Under the pieces are notes generated by a model that was not told the DNA's origin, did not search any database, and saw nothing but the letters and a program-made list of their open reading frames with translations. A stretch of DNA of 64,000 nucleotides from Gemmatimonadota bacterium (GTDB lineage Bacteria > Latescibacterota > UBA2968). Positions 48,330 through 57,153 of the stretch are shown piece by piece. Each line of letters starts with the position of its first letter. Within the stretch, counting starts at the first letter, position 1. A program made the translations under genes and the position numbers. The DNA lies in contig PBWH01000003.1 in assembly GCA_002727195.1 (NCBI GenBank), forward strand, positions 16,142 to 80,141, read 5' to 3'.

Positions 48330-49691
48330 GTGTCAGCTAATCCTGCAGACGATAGCTCGAGCTCATCTTCCCCTGGCGCTCGTGATCCAGATGAAGTAAA
48401 GCGCAACAGCCGCTTGATCATCCTGAACGGCGGGCTGATGCAGTTCGCCATGTCGTTCTCGAGTTCCGAGACGGTGATTCCGGCGTTTATCCAGACGCTA
48501 ACCGGGTCGAGTGTGTATGTCGGGGTCGCTCGTAGCTTGATCCGGATCGGCTGGTCCTGGCCGCAGATCTTTATTTCCAGGATTATCGAGGAGCGAGAAG
48601 AGAAGAAGCCTCTTTTCCTCTGGGTGGGACTGCTTCGGGCCGTGCTATGGGTCGGGATCGCGGCGACGACGTGGATGATGGCCGGCGAAGAGCCGATGAC
48701 GGTGCTCGGGGCGTTTCTCGCGATGTATGCGATCAGCACGTTGTTGATGGGTGTAACGAACGTTCCGTGGATGGATGTGATCGGGAAGACGGTCCCGGAA
48801 GGTGGGCGTGGGAGGGTTTTCGCGATGAGGCGGCTGTTCGGGGGCGGACTTGCCGTGGCCAGTGGCGGGTTTATCTCGTTTATCCTGAGCGAGCGGAGCG
48901 GGTTCGGGTTCCCGAGGTCATACGCCGTTCTGTTCCTGGTATCGGCCGTCCTGGCGGCGATCGCGATCCTGTCGTTCGGGCTGATCCGCGAGCCGATCGA
49001 GAAGGTTCGCAAGGGTCGCGAACCGATCAAGGCCTACCTCAAGAGCGGGTTCCTACTCCTGAAAGAGGATCACGACTACCGGCGCCTGTTCATCCTGCGG
49101 TATGTATGGGCGACGGCCATGATGGGGACCGCGTTCTACGTCCCCTTCGCGATCGCTGATCTGGGGATCAGCGTCGTCTACGTGGGTCTGTTCGTTTCCG
49201 TCGCCCAGGCCAGTTCCATCCTCTCGAACGCGTTGTGGGCGTGGGTAAGCGACCGGTGGGGGAGTCGCGAGCTCATCCTAGCCGGTAATTACATGCTCGC
49301 CCTGTCGATCCTGGTTCCTCTGACGACGACAATGATCCCCGACGTAGAGGTTCGGCCTCTCTGGTTCCTGGGGAGTGGGGTCGCCATCGGTACCCAGGTG
49401 CTATATTTCTGCCTGACGTTCCTGTTCAATGGTTTTGCCACCAGTGGGATGTTTACGGGACGCATGGCGCTCGTGCTCGACCTGTCTCCTCCCGATCGGC
49501 GACCGACATATACGAGCTTCATGAACACGATGGGCGTTCCCCAGGGGCTGATGCCAATTCTGGGCGGTCTCCTAGCGAGTTGGTTGTCCTACCATTACGT
49601 GTTTCTTATCTCCAGTCTGTTCATTCCCCCCGCAGTCATTCTTGCTGGCCGTATCACGCCGTCCCACGGAAAGCAACAAGACTCCGCTTGA
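48330..49691 (+). CDS. MFS transporter
   Basis: About 12 hydrophobic segments; WMDVIGK..P...RGR, SDRWG, PPDRRPTY. Confidence 0.85.
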   Translation: MSANPADDSSSSSSPGARDPDEVKRNSRLIILNGGLMQFAMSFSSSETVIPAFIQTLTGSSVYVGVARSLIRIGWSWPQIFISRIIEEREEKKPLFLWVGLLRAVLWVGIAATTWMMAGEEPMTVLGAFLAMYAISTLLMGVTNVPWMDVIGKTVPEGGRGRVFAMRRLFGGGLAVASGGFISFILSERSGFGFPRSYAVLFLVSAVLAAIAILSFGLIREPIEKVRKGREPIKAYLKSGFLLLKEDHDYRRLFILRYVWATAMMGTAFYVPFAIADLGISVVYVGLFVSVAQASSILSNALWAWVSDRWGSRELILAGNYMLALSILVPLTTTMIPDVEVRPLWFLGSGVAIGTQVLYFCLTFLFNGFATSGMFTGRMALVLDLSPPDRRPTYTSFMNTMGVPQGLMPILGGLLASWLSYHYVFLISSLFIPPAVILAGRITPSHGKQQDSA

Positions 49692-50427
49692 GAGAATCAG
49701 GAACACGCGAAATCTCCACCATCGCCGACCGTCGAAAGGCGCGCGATTAACGCCGCAGTTTCTGGCTGCTCATCGCGAATGGCGCGCTAATGATGTCCGC
49801 CATGACGTTCGTCGGTTCCGATCTGGTGCTGCCTGCCTTTGTGCAAACGCTGATTACGTCGAGCGTAATGGCCGGGCTGGCAGGCGCCCTCATGCGAATC
49901 GGTTGGGCGTGACCACAGTTATTCATCTCGCGGGTGGTCGGGTTCTTTGTGGCCTTCATGTATTTCAGTTCGATCGTTCTCGAACGTCCTCTGGGCGTGA
50001 TCGGTCAGCGCCGGGGGAATCAGGCACTGCTGTCTATCGGGACCTGGTTCCGGGCGTTCTCGATCGCCATACCCTTGACCGTGACGTGGATTCCATCGAT
50101 CGAAGTCGACCTGTTCGTGTGGGCGGGATTGTCGGTCGCGTTCGACTTGAGAGTCGTCTATTACGCGTTGACGTTCGTCTTCTCTGGGTTCGCGATGAGT
50201 GGGATGTTCACCGGGCGATGGCCTACCTGCTCGACATTGCGCCGGAGGATCGGTGGCCGACCTACACGAGCTTTATGAACGCGGCGATGCTGCCGCAGGG
50301 CCTGTTGGCGGTGCTTGGTGGGTGGCAGGTCGCGCTGATCTCGTATCAGAATATCTTTATGGTGTCACTGGCGTTTGTGCTGGTGGCGGCGTAGATGGCG
50401 AGGAAGTTGCGGGCAGTGACTTCGTAG
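49688..50427 (+). pseudogene. Decayed tandem paralog of the upstream MFS transporter
   Basis: Pieces align to the upstream gene (NGALM..AM.F...VLPAFVQTL, RIGWA*PQLFISR, SGMFTGR/MAYLLDIAPEDRWPTYTSFMN); frameshifts, TGA at 49910, about 200-codon internal deletion. Confidence 0.85.
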
Positions 50428-50471
50428 GGGGTGACTCCGGCGGCGAGGTTTCTGGATGCTGGTGACAGAAA

Positions 50472-50520
50472 AAAATCAAAAGCGAGGATCCACGGAGGAC
50501 ACGGAGGGGGACGCGGAGAG
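50472..50520 (+). repeat. Repeat family A copy (CACGGAG variant)
   Basis: AAAATCAAAAGCGAGGATCCACGGAGGACACGGAGGGGGACGCGGAGAG. Confidence 0.55.
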
Positions 50521-50678
50521 CCCTGGCTGTGGTGGCCCTACCGGGAACCGGGGCGCCATGATCCGAGATATTGGGTAGGACAGACGACAGAGGGCAACTG
50601 GCTACTGACAGCCGTCCTATGAAGAGTTCGCGATCTTGAGACGGCTCTTACGATGTACGGAGATGGCTCCTGGGACTG

Positions 50679-52070
50679 TTATCCCTCAGAGCGCTTTTCA
50701 CCCTTAAACTGATCGGCGAGATCCTCTGCGGGATACGTCCAGATTTCGGACAGGGTTGGGTGGTAGTGGGGCATTTGGGCGACGTCGAAGACGGTGCCGC
50801 GGAAGTACATAACGGCGATGATTTCGTGGATCAGCTCGGAGGCTTCGGGGCCGACTGCCTGGCCGCCGATGATTTCGCCGGAGTCGGGGTCACACAGGAG
50901 TTTGACGAAGCCGTGTAGTTCGCCCATTACCATCGACTTGCCGTGGTCGTCGAAGGGGTAGGTTTCGACGAGATAGGGGCGCCTCGACAGTTGGCATTCC
51001 TTCTCGCACGCCCCGACTGTCGCGACCTGGGGGTCTGTGAACGTGACCTCGGCGCGTAGACGGTAATCGACCCGTTGTTCTTCCTGTCCCGCAACCGCGT
51101 TCTGGCCGGCTGCTTCGCCCTGCTGGATGGCGATGTGGACGATTTCGTGCATCCCGACGACATCGCCGGCGGCAAAGATGTGCGGCACGTTCGACCGCAT
51201 GGCGTCGTCCACCTTGATACGCCTTCCCTCGACCTCTACACCCGCCGCTTCCAGATTCAGGCCTGCGATCGCCGGGGTTCGGCCAAGGGCATTGAAGATT
51301 ACGGCAGCGGAGGCTGTCTTCTCTATTCCGTCGTGGGTGAAGGAAACTTTCACTCCTGTCTTCGTGCGCTCGATGTTTGTGAGGTGGGTGTCGGTGTAGA
51401 CCTCCATCCCGTCTTCCCGGAGCTTCGCCTCGACGGGTCTTGCCAGGTCCTCGTCGGAGGCGCTCAGAATGTGTCCACTCCGCTGAATCAGGGTCGTCTT
51501 TGTGCCCAGCCTGCAGTAAAATTGGCCGAGTTCGGTTGCGACCGGACCGCCGCCCAGGACGATCATCGACTTGTAGAGTTCCCGGCTGTCGAGAAGCTCG
51601 TCGCTGGTCAGGTAGCCTGACTCCGCCAGTCCGGGTACGGGGATCTGTGCGTGGTCGGAACCTGTCGTGACGATGAATGCCTTGGATTCAATCGTCTTTT
51701 TCCCGACCTTGACGCGGTGCGCGTCGAGAAACTCGGCCTTGCCCTGGATGAGATTGTATTTCGGGTCCTTCAACTGCCCCGCTCGGTAGTCGGAGAACTC
51801 CTTGATCAGCTTCTTCTTCCGGTCGTTGATCCTGGCCATGTTCGCGCCAAGCCTGCCGGTAGATAGACCGAACTCTTCGGCCCGTTTCATCAACGACATG
51901 ATGTCGGAGGATCGGAGGAGCGTCTTGGAAGGCATGCAGCCGCGCAGGATGCACAGACCACCGAGCGGGCCTTTGTCGATGACGGCGACATCCGCGCCCA
52001 GGTCGCTTGCAGTCCGAGCGGCAGCGTATCCCGCTGATCCACCGCCAATGATTACGACGTCGAATTTCAT
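50679..52070 (-). CDS. Class I pyridine nucleotide-disulfide oxidoreductase (dihydrolipoyl dehydrogenase family)
   Basis: GGGSAG, GGLCILRGCMPSK redox disulfide, LGGGPVATE, FAAGD, HPTLSE. Confidence 0.88.
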   Translation of the reverse strand: MKFDVVIIGGGSAGYAAARTASDLGADVAVIDKGPLGGLCILRGCMPSKTLLRSSDIMSLMKRAEEFGLSTGRLGANMARINDRKKKLIKEFSDYRAGQLKDPKYNLIQGKAEFLDAHRVKVGKKTIESKAFIVTTGSDHAQIPVPGLAESGYLTSDELLDSRELYKSMIVLGGGPVATELGQFYCRLGTKTTLIQRSGHILSASDEDLARPVEAKLREDGMEVYTDTHLTNIERTKTGVKVSFTHDGIEKTASAAVIFNALGRTPAIAGLNLEAAGVEVEGRRIKVDDAMRSNVPHIFAAGDVVGMHEIVHIAIQQGEAAGQNAVAGQEEQRVDYRLRAEVTFTDPQVATVGACEKECQLSRRPYLVETYPFDDHGKSMVMGELHGFVKLLCDPDSGEIIGGQAVGPEASELIHEIIAVMYFRGTVFDVAQMPHYHPTLSEIWTYPAEDLADQFKGEKRSEG

Positions 52071-52129
52071 AGATACCCGTAGAGCTTGAAGCCTGTAAAG
52101 ACGAGGGAAAAGTCGCTTGGAGCAGGGAG

Positions 52130-52160
52130 CCGGCCTCCGCCAAGGCTATGGCCGGCAGGC
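52130..52160. repeat. Short palindromic repeat family D
   Basis: CCGGCCTCCGCCAAGGCTATGGCCGGCAGGC, similar to 19415-19446. Confidence 0.55.
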
Positions 52161-52371
52161 AACCTCGTTTTGCTCCGCGAGATTGTTTGGCGCGCTCCTC
52201 TGACGCGATTTTTCACACTACATAGTCTTTTAGTTGAAGCGCGGAGCGGAGGCAAGAAGCCGCGAGCTTCGATTGCCCCACGCGACTTCCTGGCGCAATT
52301 CTCTGGCACGCCTCTTTGAGTATGCAATTTACACACGCAGTCAAGTCTACACCCGAATTTGTGAGCCAAAC

Positions 52372-53451
52372 GTGAGCGAACCAGTTGTCCGTCTAGAGCC
52401 CAACGAGCAAGAGGTAGTGGTCAAGCAGGAGGATCTGCACGGCTATGTGAAGGAGATCTACGTGGCGGCCGGCGTGTCGGAAGATCACGCGACGACGATG
52501 GCCGATCTGCAGGTGGAGACGGATGTGCGAGGGGTTCACTCTCACGGTACCCGGCAGGTGGCGGGCTATGTCCGGCGGTGTCTGAAGGGGCATACCAATC
52601 CTAGGCCTGAGATTGAAATTATCCATGAAGGGCCGGCGTATGTGAAGGTCGACAACAACGGAGGATTCGGTCATCTGGGAAGCGTGATGGCGATGGAGTC
52701 TGCGATCGAGAAGGCGGCGCAGACGGGCGTGGCCATCGGGACCGTGATCCAGAGTCGGCATTTCGGGGCGGCCTTCAACTACGCGATGATGGCGTGCAAG
52801 CGGGACATGATCGGATGGGCGATTTCGAGCAGCAGTCCAGGGTTGGCTCCTTGGGGTGGAGCAGATCGTATGCTCGGGAATAATCCAGTCGCGTTTGCGG
52901 TGCCTGCGGGAGAAGAGGAGCCGCTGGTCCTGGATATGGCGAGCGGGGTGTCGGCCTGGGGACGGATCGGGACGAAGCGTCTCTATGGCGAGAAGTTGAC
53001 GATGGACTGGGTGCTCGATGCAGACGGGAACCCGACCGACGATCCACACGACGCGAAGGTGTTGCTCCCGTTTGGCGGGATCAAGGGATCGGGACTGGCG
53101 ATGATGATGGATGTGCTCGGGTCAATACTCCCGTTCGGCGTGGCGACGCCTCATCGGCGGGGTGAAGATTTCGATGGACAGCAGCAGGGCGCTCACTACG
53201 TCCAGGCGATAGACATCTCGAAGTTCATGAGCCTCGATGACTTCAAGGCGGAGATCGATAAGATGACTCGGACCATCCGGGAATCGCGGAAGCGTCCGGG
53301 TTATGATCGGATCTATATGCCGGGCGAGATCGAGTGGATCAAGAAGGACGCGTGGAGTAAGACAGGGATACCCATGCACAAAGGGCACGTGGAGGGTTTG
53401 GAGACGATTGCAGATGAAGTGGGAATCGATAGGAAGATGCCGTTGGTGTGA
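52372..53451 (+). CDS. Ldh_2 family oxidoreductase (second paralog)
   Basis: GVHSHG, SRHFGAA, GNNPVAFAVP, LDMAS, GIKGSGLA, YMPGE. Confidence 0.9.
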   Translation: MSEPVVRLEPNEQEVVVKQEDLHGYVKEIYVAAGVSEDHATTMADLQVETDVRGVHSHGTRQVAGYVRRCLKGHTNPRPEIEIIHEGPAYVKVDNNGGFGHLGSVMAMESAIEKAAQTGVAIGTVIQSRHFGAAFNYAMMACKRDMIGWAISSSSPGLAPWGGADRMLGNNPVAFAVPAGEEEPLVLDMASGVSAWGRIGTKRLYGEKLTMDWVLDADGNPTDDPHDAKVLLPFGGIKGSGLAMMMDVLGSILPFGVATPHRRGEDFDGQQQGAHYVQAIDISKFMSLDDFKAEIDKMTRTIRESRKRPGYDRIYMPGEIEWIKKDAWSKTGIPMHKGHVEGLETIADEVGIDRKMPLV

Positions 53452-53459
53452 CGGTTTTT

Positions 53460-53488
53460 TCGTTCCCTGGCTGGAGCCTGGGAACGAG
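53460..53488. repeat. REP-like palindrome family C
   Basis: TCGTTCCCTGGCTGGAGCCTGGGAACGAG, 28/29 identical to 10185-10213. Confidence 0.8.
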
Positions 53489-53505
53489 GTGACGGGGGAG
53501 GTTGT

Positions 53506-54927
53506 GTGAAAAAGCGGTGGATGGGTGCGGGTGGATATGGCGAGGTGCTGAAGATCGCGATTCCCCTGATCCTCAGCATGGGATCGTGGAGTCTGAAACA
53601 CTTCGTCGATCGCGTCTTCTTGGCGTGGTACAGTGACGATGCATTGGCAGCCGCGTTACCAGCGAGCATGCTCAGTTTTTCGATCGGTGCCTTTTTTCTC
53701 GGTACGGTCGGCTACGTTAACACGTTTGTTGCGCAGTATTCGGGTGCGAAACGACCGGAGCGTGTGGGAGCGGTGGTGTGGCAGGGATTCTACTTCGCCA
53801 TCGCGGCCGGATTCGTCATGATGGGGCTGATCCCGTTGTCCCCGTGGATTTTCGGGATGGCGGGCCACGAGCCGAATATCAAGACGCTCGAGATCTCGTA
53901 CTTCCAGATTCTTTGTGTCGGCTGGATCCCGCTGCTCGGGCAGCAGGCTCTGTCGTGCTTCTTTACGGGAAGAGGTGATACGCGGACGGTCATGTGGGTC
54001 AGCATGGCTTCGGCTGTTGCTAACATCGTGCTCGACTATGCGTGGATCTTTGGAAACTTCGGGTTCCCGGAGTGGGGGATCGACGGAGCCGGGTGGGGAA
54101 CGGTTGCGTCACAGACCTTCGAGATGCTGCTCTACATGATCCTCATCTCGAAGGTGCGGTTTCGGCGTGACTTCAATACCTGGTCCTCATGGCGGCCAGA
54201 TAAGGAGCTCTTCCGACGGATCCTCCGTTTTGGCACTCCGAACGGGGTTCAGTTCTTCCTCGAGGTGTTCGGGTTTACCATCTTCGTGATGATCGTCGGT
54301 CAGCTGGGGCGTGTTGCGCTGGCCGCCACGAACGTGACGTTCAACATCAACACGCTGGCCTTTCTCCCGATGATCGGGATGGGGATCGCGGTCTCCACGC
54401 TCGTGGGACAGTATCTGGGTAGCGAGAAACCGGAGATTGCCGTTCGGGCCACGTGGTCCGCCATCCATCTCAGCTCGACATACACTGGCATCATGGCGCT
54501 TCTGTTTGTGTTTGCGCCCCAGATCTTCGTTTTCGCGTTCGAATCGGGAGCTGACCCCGATACCTTTCCCGAGATCAAAGCGCTCACTCGGATCCTGCTC
54601 CGATTTGTAGCAGCCTACTGCGTGTTCGAAGCCATCTACATTGCTTTCTCCTCGACGGTTAAGGGGGCGGGCGATACCAAGTTTGTGATGTATACGACTC
54701 TGGCGGCATCGTCGTCTATCGTCGTCCTTCCCGTTTACGTTTGCGTGTCTGTTCTTGGATATGGCTTGTTCGCAGCGTGGGTTTTCGCGAGTCTCTATAC
54801 CATCGTTATGGCTCTGCTTTTCTACCTGCGCTTCAGAGGAGGCAAGTGGAAGACGATGCGCGTGATCGAAGCAACTGAAGGCATGGGAATGGAGGTCGGC
54901 GCGGAGCGGGATGTGCCCGCCATCTAA
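53506..54927 (+). CDS. MATE family efflux transporter
   Basis: IAIPLILS, FVDRVFL, VAQYSGA, GRGDTR, GIDGAGWGT, VGQYLG, KGAGDT. Confidence 0.9.
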   Translation: MKKRWMGAGGYGEVLKIAIPLILSMGSWSLKHFVDRVFLAWYSDDALAAALPASMLSFSIGAFFLGTVGYVNTFVAQYSGAKRPERVGAVVWQGFYFAIAAGFVMMGLIPLSPWIFGMAGHEPNIKTLEISYFQILCVGWIPLLGQQALSCFFTGRGDTRTVMWVSMASAVANIVLDYAWIFGNFGFPEWGIDGAGWGTVASQTFEMLLYMILISKVRFRRDFNTWSSWRPDKELFRRILRFGTPNGVQFFLEVFGFTIFVMIVGQLGRVALAATNVTFNINTLAFLPMIGMGIAVSTLVGQYLGSEKPEIAVRATWSAIHLSSTYTGIMALLFVFAPQIFVFAFESGADPDTFPEIKALTRILLRFVAAYCVFEAIYIAFSSTVKGAGDTKFVMYTTLAASSSIVVLPVYVCVSVLGYGLFAAWVFASLYTIVMALLFYLRFRGGKWKTMRVIEATEGMGMEVGAERDVPAI

Positions 54928-54977
54928 GGTTTCGTACACCGTGTACGCTGACACGACATTAGCTGACTGGAGTAATC

Positions 54978-55916
54978 ATGGCCAATCGCGTTGTCTACTG
55001 GAACGGGTCCTTCATCCCTGAGCCTGACGCCCGCGTCTCGATCTTCGATTCCGCACTCATGTTTGGGGACATGGTGTTCGAGATGACCCGGACGTTCGGG
55101 CAGAAGACCTTCCGTCTTCGTGAGCATCTCGAGCGCCTGTATGCTTCCCTCGACTATGTAGAGATCGACTGCGGTCTTACGATCGATGAAATGGAGTCTG
55201 CAACCCACGAGACGATCGAGCGCAATCTTCCCGAGCTCGAAGGGCTGGACTTCCAGGTCATGCACGATGTGACGCGTGGATCGGGCTCGTTGTATGACAC
55301 GCTGGTGAAGGAAGGGACTGCACCCATCGTGTCGATCAACACGATGCCTCTGGTGCGCCATCTCGCAGGCGTTTCGGATCACTATACCAAGGGCGCGCAT
55401 CTCGTGATCACCCCACAACAGGCGGTTCCCGCCCGCTACATCGACCCGAAGGCCAAAAACAGGAGTCGCCTCCATTATCAGCTCGCGAACCTTCATGCGT
55501 TGAGACTGGAGCCCGGCGCCATGGCACTCCTCCTGGATGAGCGCGGCTTTGTCGCTGAAGGTACGGGGAGTAATGTGTTCATGGCCAGGGAGGGTGAAGT
55601 TCTGACGCCAAAACCACACGACATCCTGCGTGGTGTCTCACGGCAAGCGTGCGTGGACTACGCGAAGTTGCTCGGGATAGCCGTTCGAGAAGTCGATATC
55701 GACCCATACGACGTTCGAACAGCCGACGAAGTCTGGATCACAAGCACCCCGTTTGCGATACTGCCAGTGACCCGGTTCGATTTTCGCACTGTCGGCAAAG
55801 GCGTTCCTGGTGAGATCTACAGCCGCATCCTCAAAGCCTGGTCAGAGGACGTGGGGGTGAACATCTCGAGGCAGGCGGAGGAATACAGAGGGCTCTCCGA
55901 AACCTGGACCCCCTAG
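54978..55916 (+). CDS. Class IV PLP aminotransferase (branched-chain/D-amino-acid type)
   Basis: FGDMVFEMTR, FRLREHLERL, KAKNRSR, EGTGSNVF, ILRGVSR, ADEVWITST. Confidence 0.88.
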   Translation: MANRVVYWNGSFIPEPDARVSIFDSALMFGDMVFEMTRTFGQKTFRLREHLERLYASLDYVEIDCGLTIDEMESATHETIERNLPELEGLDFQVMHDVTRGSGSLYDTLVKEGTAPIVSINTMPLVRHLAGVSDHYTKGAHLVITPQQAVPARYIDPKAKNRSRLHYQLANLHALRLEPGAMALLLDERGFVAEGTGSNVFMAREGEVLTPKPHDILRGVSRQACVDYAKLLGIAVREVDIDPYDVRTADEVWITSTPFAILPVTRFDFRTVGKGVPGEIYSRILKAWSEDVGVNISRQAEEYRGLSETWTP

Positions 55917-55920
55917 AGCT

Positions 55921-57081
55921 ATGCGAATCACATCCATCGATATCTTCACAGTGGTGGTGCCTACAATACCGGGTGCCGTGCACAGCGCGTCGTTTGGCCA
56001 GGCGGGCTGGGACGAGATACCGAAGCAGATCATCCGGCTGAACACGGATGAGCATGTGTATGGTCTGGGTGAAGCGATCAGGGGTACGACGGTCGAGACC
56101 CTGCAATCCCTGTTCGCTCAGCTGGAAGGAAGGGATCCGCTCGGGCTGAGCCTGCAGAACGTGTTCGCCGATTCGGCGATGCACCGAGGATCGATTCAGG
56201 GCCTCCGTAGCGCTGTTTTTTCGGAAGATGGAACGCACCCGCTTGTTGGTACGCGTGATTGGGAAAGCCTGGGTGGATGGGGCACGCCATCTGGATATGA
56301 AGCGTTCGAGATGGCGATCTTCGACATCGTTGGCAAGGTGCGGGATGTGCCCGTCCACGTGTTGCTGGGGGGCGCCTATCGGGATCGGGTGCCCGCGGAC
56401 TACTGGATCGGGCATCAGACACCCGAAGATTCGGCAGCTAGCGCCCGAATCGGTTACGAACGCGGGTTCCACGGGATCAAGATGAAGTGTACTTCCGATG
56501 AGCCGATGGTCGAGCGGGTACGTGCGATTCGAGATGCCACGAGCCCCTCGTTCAAGTGTACGATCGACCCCAATCAGCGATTCTACCGGCCGGCCGAGGC
56601 CATCGAGCTCGCCCACCGTTTCGAGGAGCTTGGGAATGTATCTGTGCTCGAGGACCCGATGGCAAAGTGGAATCTGGACTGGTATCGCCAGCTGCGCGCC
56701 GCCACAACGATACCAGTAGCCCTGCACCTTGCGAATCCCCACGACATCGTAAAGGCGATCAAGGCGGAGGCAGTCGATATCTTCAACCTCGGCGGGAGCA
56801 TGTGGAACTTCGTGAAGAATGCGGCGATTGCAGACGCGGCGGGGATCCCGTGCTGGCACGGATCGGGGAACGACCTTGGGATCATGGAATTGTCATACCT
56901 TCACGCAGCAAGCGTGCCGAGGAATTGTGTGATGCCCAGTGACTTCGTCGGGAGCTGGACGCGCGAGGATGATCTGGTGGTGGAGGGGATTCAGTTCGAG
57001 AAGGGCGATGCAGTTGTGACCACCAAGCCTGGACTTGGGTGCGAATTGGATATGGAGGGAGTAGAGCGGTATCGCGTGTAA
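55921..57081 (+). CDS. Mandelate racemase/muconate lactonizing enzyme (enolase superfamily)
   Basis: GLGE, EMAIFDIVGK...PVHVLLGG..RDRVP, KMK, DPN, LEDP, PGLG. Confidence 0.88.
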   Translation: MRITSIDIFTVVVPTIPGAVHSASFGQAGWDEIPKQIIRLNTDEHVYGLGEAIRGTTVETLQSLFAQLEGRDPLGLSLQNVFADSAMHRGSIQGLRSAVFSEDGTHPLVGTRDWESLGGWGTPSGYEAFEMAIFDIVGKVRDVPVHVLLGGAYRDRVPADYWIGHQTPEDSAASARIGYERGFHGIKMKCTSDEPMVERVRAIRDATSPSFKCTIDPNQRFYRPAEAIELAHRFEELGNVSVLEDPMAKWNLDWYRQLRAATTIPVALHLANPHDIVKAIKAEAVDIFNLGGSMWNFVKNAAIADAAGIPCWHGSGNDLGIMELSYLHAASVPRNCVMPSDFVGSWTREDDLVVEGIQFEKGDAVVTTKPGLGCELDMEGVERYRV

Positions 57082-57153
57082 ACCTTCCTCCCACAAACCA
57101 GGTGAAGGGGAGTAGCCAGGAAGGCTGTGCTGTTTCCGTTGATTGACCAGGAT

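Noticed and set aside
50679-52070. Mercuric reductase MerA or a pyruvate dehydrogenase E3
   Set aside because: No C-terminal Cys-Cys pair, HMA domain or mer genes, and no adjacent E1/E2. Left as a family-level call.
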